Assembly (NCBI GenBank): GCA_965217585.1
Contig: OZ244561.1
Location: forward strand, 5,536,001-5,600,000
Length of the DNA stretch: 64,000 bases
Reading direction: 5' to 3'
Source: Candidatus Latescibacterota bacterium
GTDB lineage: Bacteria; Latescibacterota; UBA2968; UBA8231
Shown: positions 1-8,881 of the stretch, piece after piece
Position numbering within the stretch: the stretch's first letter is position 1
How the letters are laid out: every line of letters starts with the position of its first letter
Program-made: the position numbers and the translations under genes
Notes under the pieces: model-generated
Seen by the model: the letters and a program-made list of their open reading frames with translations, nothing else
Database searches by the model: none
What the model was told of the DNA's origin: nothing

Positions 1-702
1 ACGACCATCAAGGCCGAAAAGCCCGGTTTAGTCGTGTACGGCAAGGTCTGGAAGGGCGAGCGGCCGGAAAAGATCCGCGTCGGCGACGAGATCTGGGGTG
101 GCGTCAACGTCATTTCCCTGCCCGACCTCTCACACATGCAGGTCAAAACCTACGTCAACGAGGTCGAAGTCGATAAGCTCGACACCGGACAAGTCGCCAC
201 CATCAAGCTCGACGCCCTGCCCGCACCAGCGTTCCACGGCAAAATCAATAGCATCGCCTCGCTCGGCCGCGAGAAGGAAGGCGAAAAAAACGTCAAAGTC
301 TTCGACGTGATCATCCAGATCGAAGAAGAAGATGTCCGCCTCAAACCCGGCATGACCGCCACCTGTCACGTCGTCGTCGAGACCATCCCACCTAGGCCGA
401 CGGCCGATCCAGACTCCGTGCAAAGCGAGGCCGCCGAGGTCGCAACCCCCGCACCCATGCCCCTCTACATCCCCATAGACGCGGTCTTTGAGAAGGATGG
501 GCGCACCCTCGTCTATCGTCTAGTGGGCGGTCAGCCCAAGAAGCAGGAAGTGAAGCTGGGCCAGAAAAACGAGGACTTTGTCATCGTCGAAGAAGGGCTT
601 GCGCCCGACGACCGCATCGCCCTGCGCGATCCGCTCCAAGCGGCCGACGCCAGCGGCCTCATGGAGGAGGCCGACGCCTTGCCCTCGCCCCAGGCGCACT
701 AA
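1..702 (+). CDS. MacA/HlyD-family periplasmic adaptor (efflux membrane fusion protein), 5' end outside window
   Basis: Frame open from base 1 (TTIKAEKPGLVVYG...). Motifs LSHMQVKTYVNEVEV, LKPGMTA, IPIDAVF and VEEGL are typical of MFP C-terminal halves. Stop overlaps the start of the permease gene. Confidence 0.85.
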   Translation, partial: TTIKAEKPGLVVYGKVWKGERPEKIRVGDEIWGGVNVISLPDLSHMQVKTYVNEVEVDKLDTGQVATIKLDALPAPAFHGKINSIASLGREKEGEKNVKVFDVIIQIEEEDVRLKPGMTATCHVVVETIPPRPTADPDSVQSEAAEVATPAPMPLYIPIDAVFEKDGRTLVYRLVGGQPKKQEVKLGQKNEDFVIVEEGLAPDDRIALRDPLQAADASGLMEEADALPSPQAH

Positions 703-1946
703 TGGACCTACGCGAAACCGTCTCTTTGAGCCTAGTCGGCCTGCTCTCGCACAAGCTGCGGACCCTGCTGACCATGCTCGGTATCATCTTCGGCGTGGCC
801 GCGGTCATTGCCATGCTGTCCATCGGCGAGGGTGCCAAGCAGGAATCCCTCGAACAGATCCGTCAGATGGGCATTAGCAATATCATCGTCCAGCACTGGA
901 AAAAAGAAGCCGACGAGGAGACCGAAGCCGACGGCGACCAGAATCGCTCTCCGGGCCTGACTTGGGACGATGCGCGGTCGATTGCCCGCATCTGCCTTTT
1001 GGCGGACTACGTCACCCCCCAGCGCGAGTTCAAAGTCAAAGCCCAAGCCCAAGACCACACCTTCCGCACCATGGTGGTGGGCACGACCCCCGACTATCTG
1101 ACCGTGCTCGACGCCCGCATGGGCAGCGGGGTATTTTTTTCTACCGAGGACCTGAATACTGCTAAGCGCGTCTGCGTATTGGGCGCAGACGCCAAACGAG
1201 CGCTGTTCTTTTTTCACAATCCCTTGGGCGGCCGGGTCAAAATCCGCAACCAGTGGTTTACGGTCATCGGCGTGCTCCAAGACAAGGGCGCGGCCGGCGG
1301 CAAAATCGGCGGAGTGCTCGAAGTGCGCAACACCGACGAGGACATCTACGTCCCGCTGACGGCCCTACTCAACCGCTTCCACCGAGAGCCGGGCGCGCCC
1401 GAGCTAACCCAAGTCACCATCAAGATCCCCAACTCCGACCAACTGCCAGAGGCCGCGGCCATCGTCCGCACCATCCTCAACCGGCGGCATCGCGGCGTCG
1501 AGGACTTCAAGATCGCCATTCCCGAAGAGCTGTTGCGCCAGAGTCAGAAAACTCAGCAGATCTTCAACATCGTCATGGGCTGCATCGCCGGCATCTCCCT
1601 GTTGGTCGGCGGCATCGGCATCATGAATATCATGTTGGCCTCGGTGCTCGAACGCACGCGCGAAATCGGCATCCGCCGCGCCTTGGGCGCACGGCGGCGC
1701 GATATCCTCTCGCAGTTTTTGGTCGAATCGCTGTTGGTCAGCCTGATCGGCGGCCTGATTGGAGTGGTGCTGGGCTACGCCATCCCGGAAGTGATCACCC
1801 TGTACGCGGGCTGGCGCACCATCGTCCAGCCCTGGACCATTGCCCTCGCCTTTGGGGTCTCGGCCGCGGTCGGTATTGGTTTTGGCATCTACCCGGCCCG
1901 TCAAGCCGCCTTCCTCAACCCCATAGACGCCCTGCGCTACGAATAG
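702..1946 (+). CDS. MacB-like ABC transporter permease (MacB_PCD + FtsX)
   Basis: LRTLLTMLGIIFGVAAVIAM, ISLLVGGIGIMNIMLASVLERTREIGIRRALGA, PARQAAFLNPIDALRYE. Confidence 0.95.
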   Translation: MDLRETVSLSLVGLLSHKLRTLLTMLGIIFGVAAVIAMLSIGEGAKQESLEQIRQMGISNIIVQHWKKEADEETEADGDQNRSPGLTWDDARSIARICLLADYVTPQREFKVKAQAQDHTFRTMVVGTTPDYLTVLDARMGSGVFFSTEDLNTAKRVCVLGADAKRALFFFHNPLGGRVKIRNQWFTVIGVLQDKGAAGGKIGGVLEVRNTDEDIYVPLTALLNRFHREPGAPELTQVTIKIPNSDQLPEAAAIVRTILNRRHRGVEDFKIAIPEELLRQSQKTQQIFNIVMGCIAGISLLVGGIGIMNIMLASVLERTREIGIRRALGARRRDILSQFLVESLLVSLIGGLIGVVLGYAIPEVITLYAGWRTIVQPWTIALAFGVSAAVGIGFGIYPARQAAFLNPIDALRYE

Positions 1947-2009
1947 CCTTTTGACGACGACCACCGTGTGTCCTTACTTACTCATCCTACCCGCAAGCGA
2001 GGAGGCCGC

Positions 2010-2198
2010 ATGATCCGCTTTAAGAGAGAAGAAATCGAACAGATGCTCGAAGAGCGCAAACCGGAAATCAATCTGACCACTTATCAGCACATCAAAAAGG
2101 CCATCGACCAAGGCACGGAGGGCATGGACCCGTACACCCTGTCCAATATATGCCGGGATCTCAAGTGCCTGCCCACCGACATCGTCGAATATGTCTGA
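2010..2198 (+). CDS. Small Cro/YozG-like protein (62 aa) with a shortened HTH region
   Basis: GGAGG at 2001-2005 before ATG 2010. C-terminus TLSNICRDLKCLPTDIVEYV resembles the YozG/HTH_26 tail. Confidence 0.6.
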   Translation: MIRFKREEIEQMLEERKPEINLTTYQHIKKAIDQGTEGMDPYTLSNICRDLKCLPTDIVEYV

Positions 2199-2249
2199 GG
2201 GCCTCGTTGCAGCTCGTAATTTTCTACGCGACCGCTCGGGCACGCTTCA

Positions 2250-2606
2250 ATGCAGGCCATAGGTCGCCATCTGCTCGTCGATCTCTATGGCTGCGACCGC
2301 GAGCGGCTCGACGACTCAGACTATATCGCCGCCGAGTTGCAGGCCGCGGCCCAAGCGGCCGGCTCTCGCGTCTTGGGCACTGCGTTTCATCGCTTCAGTC
2401 CGGGGGGAGTCACCGGCGTGCTCATCGTCCAAGAGAGCCACTTGGCCGTCCACACGTGGCCTGAGCGCGGTTATGCCGCCCTCGACCTCTTTACCTGTGG
2501 CCGCCAGACAGACCCGTGGGCAGCCTATCAACGGCTCAAGTGCGCCTTCGGCGCGACGCGAGACAATGTAGTGGAAGTCAGCCGAGGGTTGTGCGCGGGC
2601 GAGTGA
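2250..2606 (+). CDS. speD: S-adenosylmethionine decarboxylase proenzyme (short bacterial type)
   Basis: GRHLLVDLYGC, and QESHLAVHTWPERGYAALDLFTCG containing the ES self-cleavage motif. Confidence 0.92.
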   Translation: MQAIGRHLLVDLYGCDRERLDDSDYIAAELQAAAQAAGSRVLGTAFHRFSPGGVTGVLIVQESHLAVHTWPERGYAALDLFTCGRQTDPWAAYQRLKCAFGATRDNVVEVSRGLCAGE

Positions 2607-2668
2607 GACTCCTCGCCCCCCCAAATCCTCTTCATCCCGTTCATCCATGTTAAACGCGGAAGAGCGGA

Positions 2669-3556
2669 CTATTCCTCGCCTTCTAACATGCTGCGCAAGT
2701 AGAGCCGGAACGCCTCGGCGCGTTCTTCGACCACGGCCCGTATCTGGAGGATTTCCTGCTGGCGCGCCTTCAGCTTGTGAATTTTCAACGCGACTTCAGC
2801 GATCGACGACTCGAGATCAAATTCGGCCACGGACTCGTCTCGCTTGAGAAACCGCACTTGCTCACGCGGCTGTTCCCCGCTCACCAAAACCCGCTCCTCG
2901 GGCCGCGCTTTGGCCCGCGCCTGCTCCGCCCGGGCGCACAGCCGGTACTCGGCCTCGAAGCGACGCAGCAGGTCGGCGTTGGCATTCCATTCGGCCTTGA
3001 GGCGGTCGGCGATATCCTCCAGTAGCTCTTGCTTTTGCTGGATATCGTCCGGCCCGTCGTCCACCTCGATCTTCATCTGCTCGTTGTAGTGCAAGTTCGC
3101 GCTGTATATCCCGACCCCGAGCAGTTCCCGCGCCTCCTGATAGAGCGTGAGTTGGGCCGACAGGCCCCGGTCTGGTTGCTCGGCCAACTTCTGGATGAGT
3201 ACGCCAATTTCCCAGTCATAGGCGAGGCACAAGCGCTCGGCCAAACTGTCCTGCTGCACCTCTAAGGCCGCCAACTTCCAGTCGATCTGGACCATGTGCT
3301 GCACCAACCCGAGCGAGGAGCGCAGAGCTTCTCTCAGCGCCGCGGAATTCGCCGCACTCAGCTTCAGGCTGTCGATCCGGGTCGACAGCGCTTCGGCTTT
3401 GGCAGCAACCTGCAAACGCTGGCCGGCGAGGGAATCGCGCTGGCTCTCCAAGGCGCGATATTGGGCCTTTAGGTCGCCCAACCCAACCGAATCCCCATGC
3501 GCGGATCCGGGCAGTGCCAACCCCAAGACCAACAAAAAAATGAATGGGCTTTTCAT
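2669..3556 (-). CDS. Hypothetical exported coiled-coil protein, co-transcribed with the two-component system
   Basis: N-terminal signal peptide (MKSPFIFLLVLGLALPGSAHG), helical E/L/Q-rich body; begins 2 nt after the regulator stop. Confidence 0.7.
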   Translation of the reverse strand: MKSPFIFLLVLGLALPGSAHGDSVGLGDLKAQYRALESQRDSLAGQRLQVAAKAEALSTRIDSLKLSAANSAALREALRSSLGLVQHMVQIDWKLAALEVQQDSLAERLCLAYDWEIGVLIQKLAEQPDRGLSAQLTLYQEARELLGVGIYSANLHYNEQMKIEVDDGPDDIQQKQELLEDIADRLKAEWNANADLLRRFEAEYRLCARAEQARAKARPEERVLVSGEQPREQVRFLKRDESVAEFDLESSIAEVALKIHKLKARQQEILQIRAVVEERAEAFRLYLRSMLEGEE

Positions 3557-3558
3557 CG

Positions 3559-5004
3559 CTAATCTAGACCGTATTTGTCGAGTTTGTAGTACAGAGCACT
3601 CGTCTTGATTCCCAAAAGCGAAGCCGCCTTGGTCTTGACGTGCTGCGCTTCCTCCATCGCCCGAGCAATTAGGTCGCGCTCCACCTCGTCGAGGCGCTCG
3701 TTGAGTTGCAAGCCCCCGTCATCGGTGCCCCCCGCCCCTTCCTCAGTAGGCCCCTCGTCAAAGGTCAGCGGCAGATCGTGGTAGCCAATTTCCTCGCCGT
3801 CAACCAACACCATCGTGCGCTCGATGACGTTTTCCAGCTCGCGCACATTGCCCGGCCACGGGTAGTTTTTTAAGCCGGTCAAGGCTTCTCTGGTTAGACG
3901 CTTGGGCGGGATGTTCATTTCCCCACATTTTTTTTCCGTAAAGTGTTTCACCAACAGCTCGATGTCCTCGCGCCGCTCCCGCAGCGGCGGCAAGGTGAGG
4001 GGAATGACCTCCAGCCGATAGAAAAGATCCTCGCGGAAGGTGCCCTCTTCAACCATGCGTTTGAGCGGCCGGTTGGTGGCCACCACCACCCGCGCATCTA
4101 CGTCGAGCGTCTGCTCGCCGCCCACGCGGTCGAACTGCTTTTCCTGCAACACCCGCAACAACCGAACTTGGATCTCCAAAGGTACATCGCCGATTTCGTC
4201 CAAAAAAATCGTCCCCCCCTCGGCCAGTTCAAACTTCCCCTTCCTGCTCCGCACCGCGCTGGTAAAGGCCCCGCGCTCGTGTCCAAACAACTCACTTTCG
4301 ACCAACCCAGTCGGCAGGGCACCGCAGTTGACCTTGACGAACGGCCCCTTGCTGCGGCGGCTCTGGTAGTGGATGGCGCGGGCGACCAACTCCTTGCCGG
4401 TGCCGCTTTCCCCGTAGATGAGCACCGACGACGACGACGACGCCACCTTATGTACCCGCTCGCGCACGGCCTTGATCTGCGGGGATTGACCGACGATCTC
4501 GCCGAAGTTGTAGCGGCTATCGATCTCTTCGCGCAAGTAGCGGTTTTGTTCGAATAAGTGCTCCCAGTCCCGCAGCTTGGCCTCGGCTTCATGGCGAAGG
4601 GTTTGGGCTTCCTGTAGCTTGGCTTGGGCTTCCCGCAGCTTGGCTCGATAGTCGAGTCGCTTATTGACCTTCAGCCACAATTCGTCGGGCGGGAAGGGTT
4701 TGACGATAAAGTCTATCGCCCCCCGCTCCATCGCCTCTACGGCCAATTCCCGGGTGTCGTAGGCCGTCATCATCATCACATCGGTGTCTGGTGCTTGGCG
4801 CTGTACCGCCTCCATCACCGCCAAGCCGTCCATCTCATCCATGCGGTAATCGGTAATGACTAAATCAAAGGAACGATCCTTCATCTGCACCAAACCTTCG
4901 CGACCGCTCCCTGCGGCGACGGCTTGATGCCCCATCTTGTTCAAGCTCAACACCAGCCCGTCGCCGAGGCTTTGGTTGTCGTCGATAATCAGAATCCTGC
5001 CCAT
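3559..5004 (-). CDS. Sigma54-dependent response regulator (NtrC/AtoC family)
   Basis: Receiver (ILIIDD...TDYRM...KPF), AAA+ GESGTGKE, ESELFGHERGAFTSA, WPGNVREL, Fis-type HTH. True start MGRILIIDD at 5004. Confidence 0.95.
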   Translation of the reverse strand: MGRILIIDDNQSLGDGLVLSLNKMGHQAVAAGSGREGLVQMKDRSFDLVITDYRMDEMDGLAVMEAVQRQAPDTDVMMMTAYDTRELAVEAMERGAIDFIVKPFPPDELWLKVNKRLDYRAKLREAQAKLQEAQTLRHEAEAKLRDWEHLFEQNRYLREEIDSRYNFGEIVGQSPQIKAVRERVHKVASSSSSVLIYGESGTGKELVARAIHYQSRRSKGPFVKVNCGALPTGLVESELFGHERGAFTSAVRSRKGKFELAEGGTIFLDEIGDVPLEIQVRLLRVLQEKQFDRVGGEQTLDVDARVVVATNRPLKRMVEEGTFREDLFYRLEVIPLTLPPLRERREDIELLVKHFTEKKCGEMNIPPKRLTREALTGLKNYPWPGNVRELENVIERTMVLVDGEEIGYHDLPLTFDEGPTEEGAGGTDDGGLQLNERLDEVERDLIARAMEEAQHVKTKAASLLGIKTSALYYKLDKYGLD

Positions 5005-6485
5005 GGCACCCCATCTTTGGACTGCGGCAGGCGCAAGCGGCACACCGTGCCCGCGCCTTGCCGACTGTCTATTTCGATCCGACCGCGGTTTTCCTCGACT
5101 GCCCGCGCCACTACCGCCATCCCCAAACCCGATCCCTTCTCTTTGGTAGTAAAAAAAGGCTCGAAAAGGCGCGCCTGCACCTCTTCCGACATCCCCGGGC
5201 CATCGTCGGCCACCTCGACGACGACCTCCTCGCCTGCGGCGGTGGCCCGCACCGTCAAGTGCCCGCCATCGCGCATGGCCTGGACGGCGTTCTTCATCAG
5301 GTTGACCAGCGCCCGCTCCACCTGCTCGGCGTCGATGTAGCACAGCAAATCGGGCGCGACGTGTTCCTCGTAGCGAATGCCCGCCGCCTGAATTTCCGGG
5401 GCCAGCAAAAAGGCCGCGTCGGCCACCAGCGGGGCTAGCGCCGTCGGCTGCGGCTGCGGCTGCGGCTGTGCCGGCCGGGCAAATTCGAGAAACTCGGAAA
5501 TTACGCCATTGAGCTGGCGCACTTCCTCGATGACCTTCTCGATGTGTTGCTTGCGCTCGTCGCTGGCGGGCAAATCGCCGGCGATCAGCCCGGCGTACAG
5601 CTCAATGCTGCCCAGCGGATTGCGGATCTCGTGGGCAACGCCGCCCAGCATGAGGCGCAGTTGGGCGTCGCGGGCGACCAGTTTGCGCCGCATCTCCTCC
5701 ATCGCTTCGCCCAAATAGCCGATTTCGTCGTCGGACGCGGTGACCACCTCTTGGTCCATGTTGCCCCGGCCGATTTCGCGCGCGGCCTCGACCAGCTTTT
5801 GGATGGGCCGAGTCAGCGTCCGCGCCAACCCCCACGCCACCCCGACGGTCAGCAACGCACCCAATCCGGCAAAGATCAGCACCGACCGCCCGAAGACGCG
5901 GATGGAGTCCACAAACCCGGCCCCGATTTCGACCCCGACGGCCGCGACGACCTCGTCGCCGTCAAAGATCGGGGCGTAGCCCGTCATGTACGGGACATCG
6001 CCGTCGTAAAAAAGCACCGAATGCGCGGTATAGCCCTTCCAAACTCTCTCCAGCTCCTGGCGATGGAAGAGCAGATTGGGGTACTCGCGGTCAATGGGCA
6101 TCAGGCCATCCGTGTCGAGCAGCGAGCGGTACTGGCGGTCGAAAACGAAGATGTGACGGGCACCGACCCCTTGTTCGGCACGCTGCAATTTACCCACTAG
6201 GGTCCGGTAGAGGTCGGAGTGCTCGCGGCCCGGGTGCAGGTAGCGCAGCACGTTGCCGGACAGGTTCGTGCTCACCAACGTGGCGACCGATACGAGGTGG
6301 TCGCGCATCTGCCGCTCCAAGCTGCGGTCCGTCAACTCGACGAGCACCCAGCCCGATAGACCCACGACGACCATAACCAGCAGCACGAAACTCAGAATCA
6401 GCTTGTGGCCGATCCGCGTCCGCGGACGCTCGCCGGAAGCAGGCTTGCCCTTGGTCACTTGGACAGACTCGACAAATTGGCGCAT
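4989..6485 (-). CDS. Membrane sensor histidine kinase (periplasmic domain, HAMP, HisKA, HATPase)
   Basis: Two TM helices, HAMP (DDEIGYLG), H-box AHEIRNPL, NLMKNA, DDGPG, FEPFFTTK.GSGLG. Start codon uncertain. Confidence 0.93.
   Translation of the reverse strand: MRQFVESVQVTKGKPASGERPRTRIGHKLILSFVLLVMVVVGLSGWVLVELTDRSLERQMRDHLVSVATLVSTNLSGNVLRYLHPGREHSDLYRTLVGKLQRAEQGVGARHIFVFDRQYRSLLDTDGLMPIDREYPNLLFHRQELERVWKGYTAHSVLFYDGDVPYMTGYAPIFDGDEVVAAVGVEIGAGFVDSIRVFGRSVLIFAGLGALLTVGVAWGLARTLTRPIQKLVEAAREIGRGNMDQEVVTASDDEIGYLGEAMEEMRRKLVARDAQLRLMLGGVAHEIRNPLGSIELYAGLIAGDLPASDERKQHIEKVIEEVRQLNGVISEFLEFARPAQPQPQPQPTALAPLVADAAFLLAPEIQAAGIRYEEHVAPDLLCYIDAEQVERALVNLMKNAVQAMRDGGHLTVRATAAGEEVVVEVADDGPGMSEEVQARLFEPFFTTKEKGSGLGMAVVARAVEENRGRIEIDSRQGAGTVCRLRLPQSKDGVPWAGF
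5445..5468. repeat. (CGGCTG)x4 in-frame tandem repeat encoding QPQPQPQP in the kinase linker
   Basis: Directly visible hexamer repeat. Confidence 0.85.
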
Positions 6486-6592
6486 CCTATTTGGTAATGT
6501 ACGTCTTAAAAAAGGACGAACAAGCGGAGTAATGGTTTCTTGCTGTTGGGCCTGGACTACCAACTCAACCTCTTCTGAAAAAGGCATATTCC

Positions 6593-7309
6593 ATGAAATA
6601 CCTCATATTGGCCGCATGTTGCTTTTTGGTAGCCTGTGGCAACTCCGATGATGACCAAGGCGAGGTGACCGTCCACTTCAACCACACCGTCGCCGGTGCC
6701 GATCTCAAGCACGAGGATATCCTCTACACCAACGCCGCCGGCAACGAATACGGCGTCACCCGCCTGGAGTACATCGTCTCGGATATAGCCTTAGAGACGG
6801 CCGGGGGCAAGCGCGTCGAACTGGCCGAGTTCCACTACCGCAACGCCTTTGTGGATGCGACCCGCAGCGTTTCGGCCAAGGTGCCCGGTGGCGAATATAC
6901 TGCCCTGCGCTTTACCTTTGGCATCGACGGAGCCAAAAACGAAACCGGCGCGCTGCCGAGCGTCGATCACTTCAACAACATGGCTTGGCCTGCTCCTATG
7001 GGCGGCGGCTACCACTACATGCGCATGGAGGGCCTCTTCCGCACGACCGACGGCGAAGGAGCCTTCCTCACGCACACCGGGCCGGCGGGCGGGGAAGACT
7101 TTTCGTTTGCCGTCTCCTTGCCGCTTTCCCTAACAGTCAGCGGAGACGAGTGGGCAATCGCCGTGGTCATGGACCTCAACGAGTGGTACGACGCGCCATC
7201 CCTGTACGATTTTAACGGCCGCGGCGGGATTATGGGCAACGCCGACGCGCAATTGACCTTGCAAGGCAACGGCGCTACGGTCTTTTCCCTAGGGCACATC
7301 GGGCATTGA
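6593..7309 (+). CDS. MbnP-family lipoprotein (copper-associated)
   Basis: Lipobox LVAC, LEYIVSDI, LRFTFGID, NNMAWPAPMGGGYHYMRMEG, FLTHTG; directly upstream of an MbnH-like gene. Confidence 0.75.
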   Translation: MKYLILAACCFLVACGNSDDDQGEVTVHFNHTVAGADLKHEDILYTNAAGNEYGVTRLEYIVSDIALETAGGKRVELAEFHYRNAFVDATRSVSAKVPGGEYTALRFTFGIDGAKNETGALPSVDHFNNMAWPAPMGGGYHYMRMEGLFRTTDGEGAFLTHTGPAGGEDFSFAVSLPLSLTVSGDEWAIAVVMDLNEWYDAPSLYDFNGRGGIMGNADAQLTLQGNGATVFSLGHIGH

Positions 7310-7401
7310 CTACGACCGAGACAGCCAAAATCACGGGAAAGAGGAAGTCGAACAAGATCAAGCAGCACAAGACCACGACGAGCAATTAGGAGGATAGCCG
7401 C

Positions 7402-8409
7402 ATGGGGCTTTGGGCACTGATCCTGTTAGGGCTAATCGCCTGCGGCAAAGACGCGGGCGTACCCCCTACCCCTCCACCCGCCCCAACCCCCTACGAACTA
7501 GCCGTGCCGGAGGGATTTCCCGCGCCGACAATCCCGCCGGATAACCCCCTGACCGTCGAGGGCATCGCCCTGGGGAAGCGGCTCTTTGCCGACCCCATCC
7601 TCTCCGTCGATAGCACCATAGCCTGCGCCTCGTGCCACCTGCCCGCCCACGCCTTCTCCGATCCGCGGCCCTTTAGCCAAGGCGTCGGCGGCGTCACCAG
7701 CCGCAACTCCATGCCGCTTTTTAACGTGCTCTGGAGTTCGTCCTTTTTTTGGGATGGGCGCGCCGCCAGCCTCGAAGACCAAGCCCTCGAACCCGTGCAG
7801 ATGCCCGTAGAAATGGGCGCGGACTGGGGTCGCGTGGTGGCCAAACTGGAGCGGCACGCCGACTATCCCGCGCTCTTCACCCGCGCCTTTGGCGACGCAC
7901 CCATCGACCGGCGACGCGTCGTCCAAGCCATTGCCCAATTTGAGCGCACCCTCATTGCGGCGGACAGCAAATACGACCGCTGGCTGGCTGGCCAAGCGGC
8001 GTTTACCCCAGAAGAAGAACGGGGCTTCTTCCTCTTCCACACCGAAAAAGCCGACTGCTTCCACTGCCACGGTGCGCCGCTTTTCACCGACAACGAGTTC
8101 CACAACAATGGGCTGGACCTAGATCCCCCGGATGAGGGGCTGGGCGCGCTCACCGGAAAACGCCTCGACCGCGGCAAATTCAAGACGCCCACCCTGCGCA
8201 ACGTAGAGTACACCGCGCCTTACATGCACGATGGCCGCTTCCAAACCCTCGAAGAAGTCGTCGAGCACTACGCCTCCGGCTTTCACCGCACGATCCTCAC
8301 CGACCCGCTGTTGCTCGTCCGGCCCAACCTCGACCTCGATCCGGCCGACAAACGCGCCCTAGTGGCCTTTTTGAAAACCCTTTCCGACCCTCAATTACAG
8401 GCCCCGTGA
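7402..8409 (+). CDS. Di-haem cytochrome c peroxidase/MauG superfamily protein, MbnH-like lipoprotein
   Basis: Two CxxCH motifs (CASCH, CFHCH), FWDGRA, FKTPTLRNVEYTAPYMHDGRF, lipobox LIAC, AGGAGG RBS. Confidence 0.9.
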   Translation: MGLWALILLGLIACGKDAGVPPTPPPAPTPYELAVPEGFPAPTIPPDNPLTVEGIALGKRLFADPILSVDSTIACASCHLPAHAFSDPRPFSQGVGGVTSRNSMPLFNVLWSSSFFWDGRAASLEDQALEPVQMPVEMGADWGRVVAKLERHADYPALFTRAFGDAPIDRRRVVQAIAQFERTLIAADSKYDRWLAGQAAFTPEEERGFFLFHTEKADCFHCHGAPLFTDNEFHNNGLDLDPPDEGLGALTGKRLDRGKFKTPTLRNVEYTAPYMHDGRFQTLEEVVEHYASGFHRTILTDPLLLVRPNLDLDPADKRALVAFLKTLSDPQLQAP

Positions 8410-8449
8410 AGCGCTTATGTCTTTGTTTCTTCTATTAGTTACTTTTCTC

Positions 8450-8477
8450 TTGATTAAGCCTCAGAATTTCGTATAAT
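8450..8477 (+). promoter_or_regulatory. Putative sigma70 promoter for hup
   Basis: TTGATT-N16-TATAAT in an AT-rich intergenic region. Confidence 0.55.
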
Positions 8478-8534
8478 ACAAGCACTTATGAACAAAATCA
8501 GAGCCGATTCAGCTCCTCATCTAGAGAGGTTTTA

Positions 8535-8876
8535 GTGGCCACGATAACCAAGAAGGACCTAGCGCGGTCGGTAGCTGAAACGCTCGGCTGCAAAAACAAC
8601 CTGACTTTGCAGATGGTCGATAGCCTCTTCGAGACCATGCGCGAAACGCTTATCGAGGGAAATCGCATTGAGATCAGGGGTTTTGGCGTCCTCGAAGTCA
8701 AAGACACCAAGCCCAAACCCGCGGCGCGCAACCCGCGCACCGGTGAGGTCGTGTACGTGCCCGCCCGCCGCAAGACCCACTTCAAGCCGGGCAAACAACT
8801 CAAAGAAGCCCTACACGACACCCACTCCGCCGCCGACCAAGCCGCGCCAGACCCCGGCGGCTCCTGGTCCCCCTGA
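8535..8876 (+). CDS. HU/IHF-family DNA-binding protein
   Basis: ITKKDLA...RIEIRGFGVL...ARNPRTGE...FKPGKQLK. Confidence 0.95.
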   Translation: MATITKKDLARSVAETLGCKNNLTLQMVDSLFETMRETLIEGNRIEIRGFGVLEVKDTKPKPAARNPRTGEVVYVPARRKTHFKPGKQLKEALHDTHSAADQAAPDPGGSWSP

Positions 8877-8881
8877 TATCG

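Noticed and set aside
5005-5343. Long upstream extensions in the ORF track (also 11309-11437, 40392-40598, 42340-42819, 42879-43367)
   Set aside because: They overlap neighbouring genes and are low-complexity GC-rich read-through; family motifs begin at the later starts.
6593-8409. Methanobactin biosynthetic cluster
   Set aside because: No mbnA precursor, mbnBC or TonB-dependent receptor in the window.
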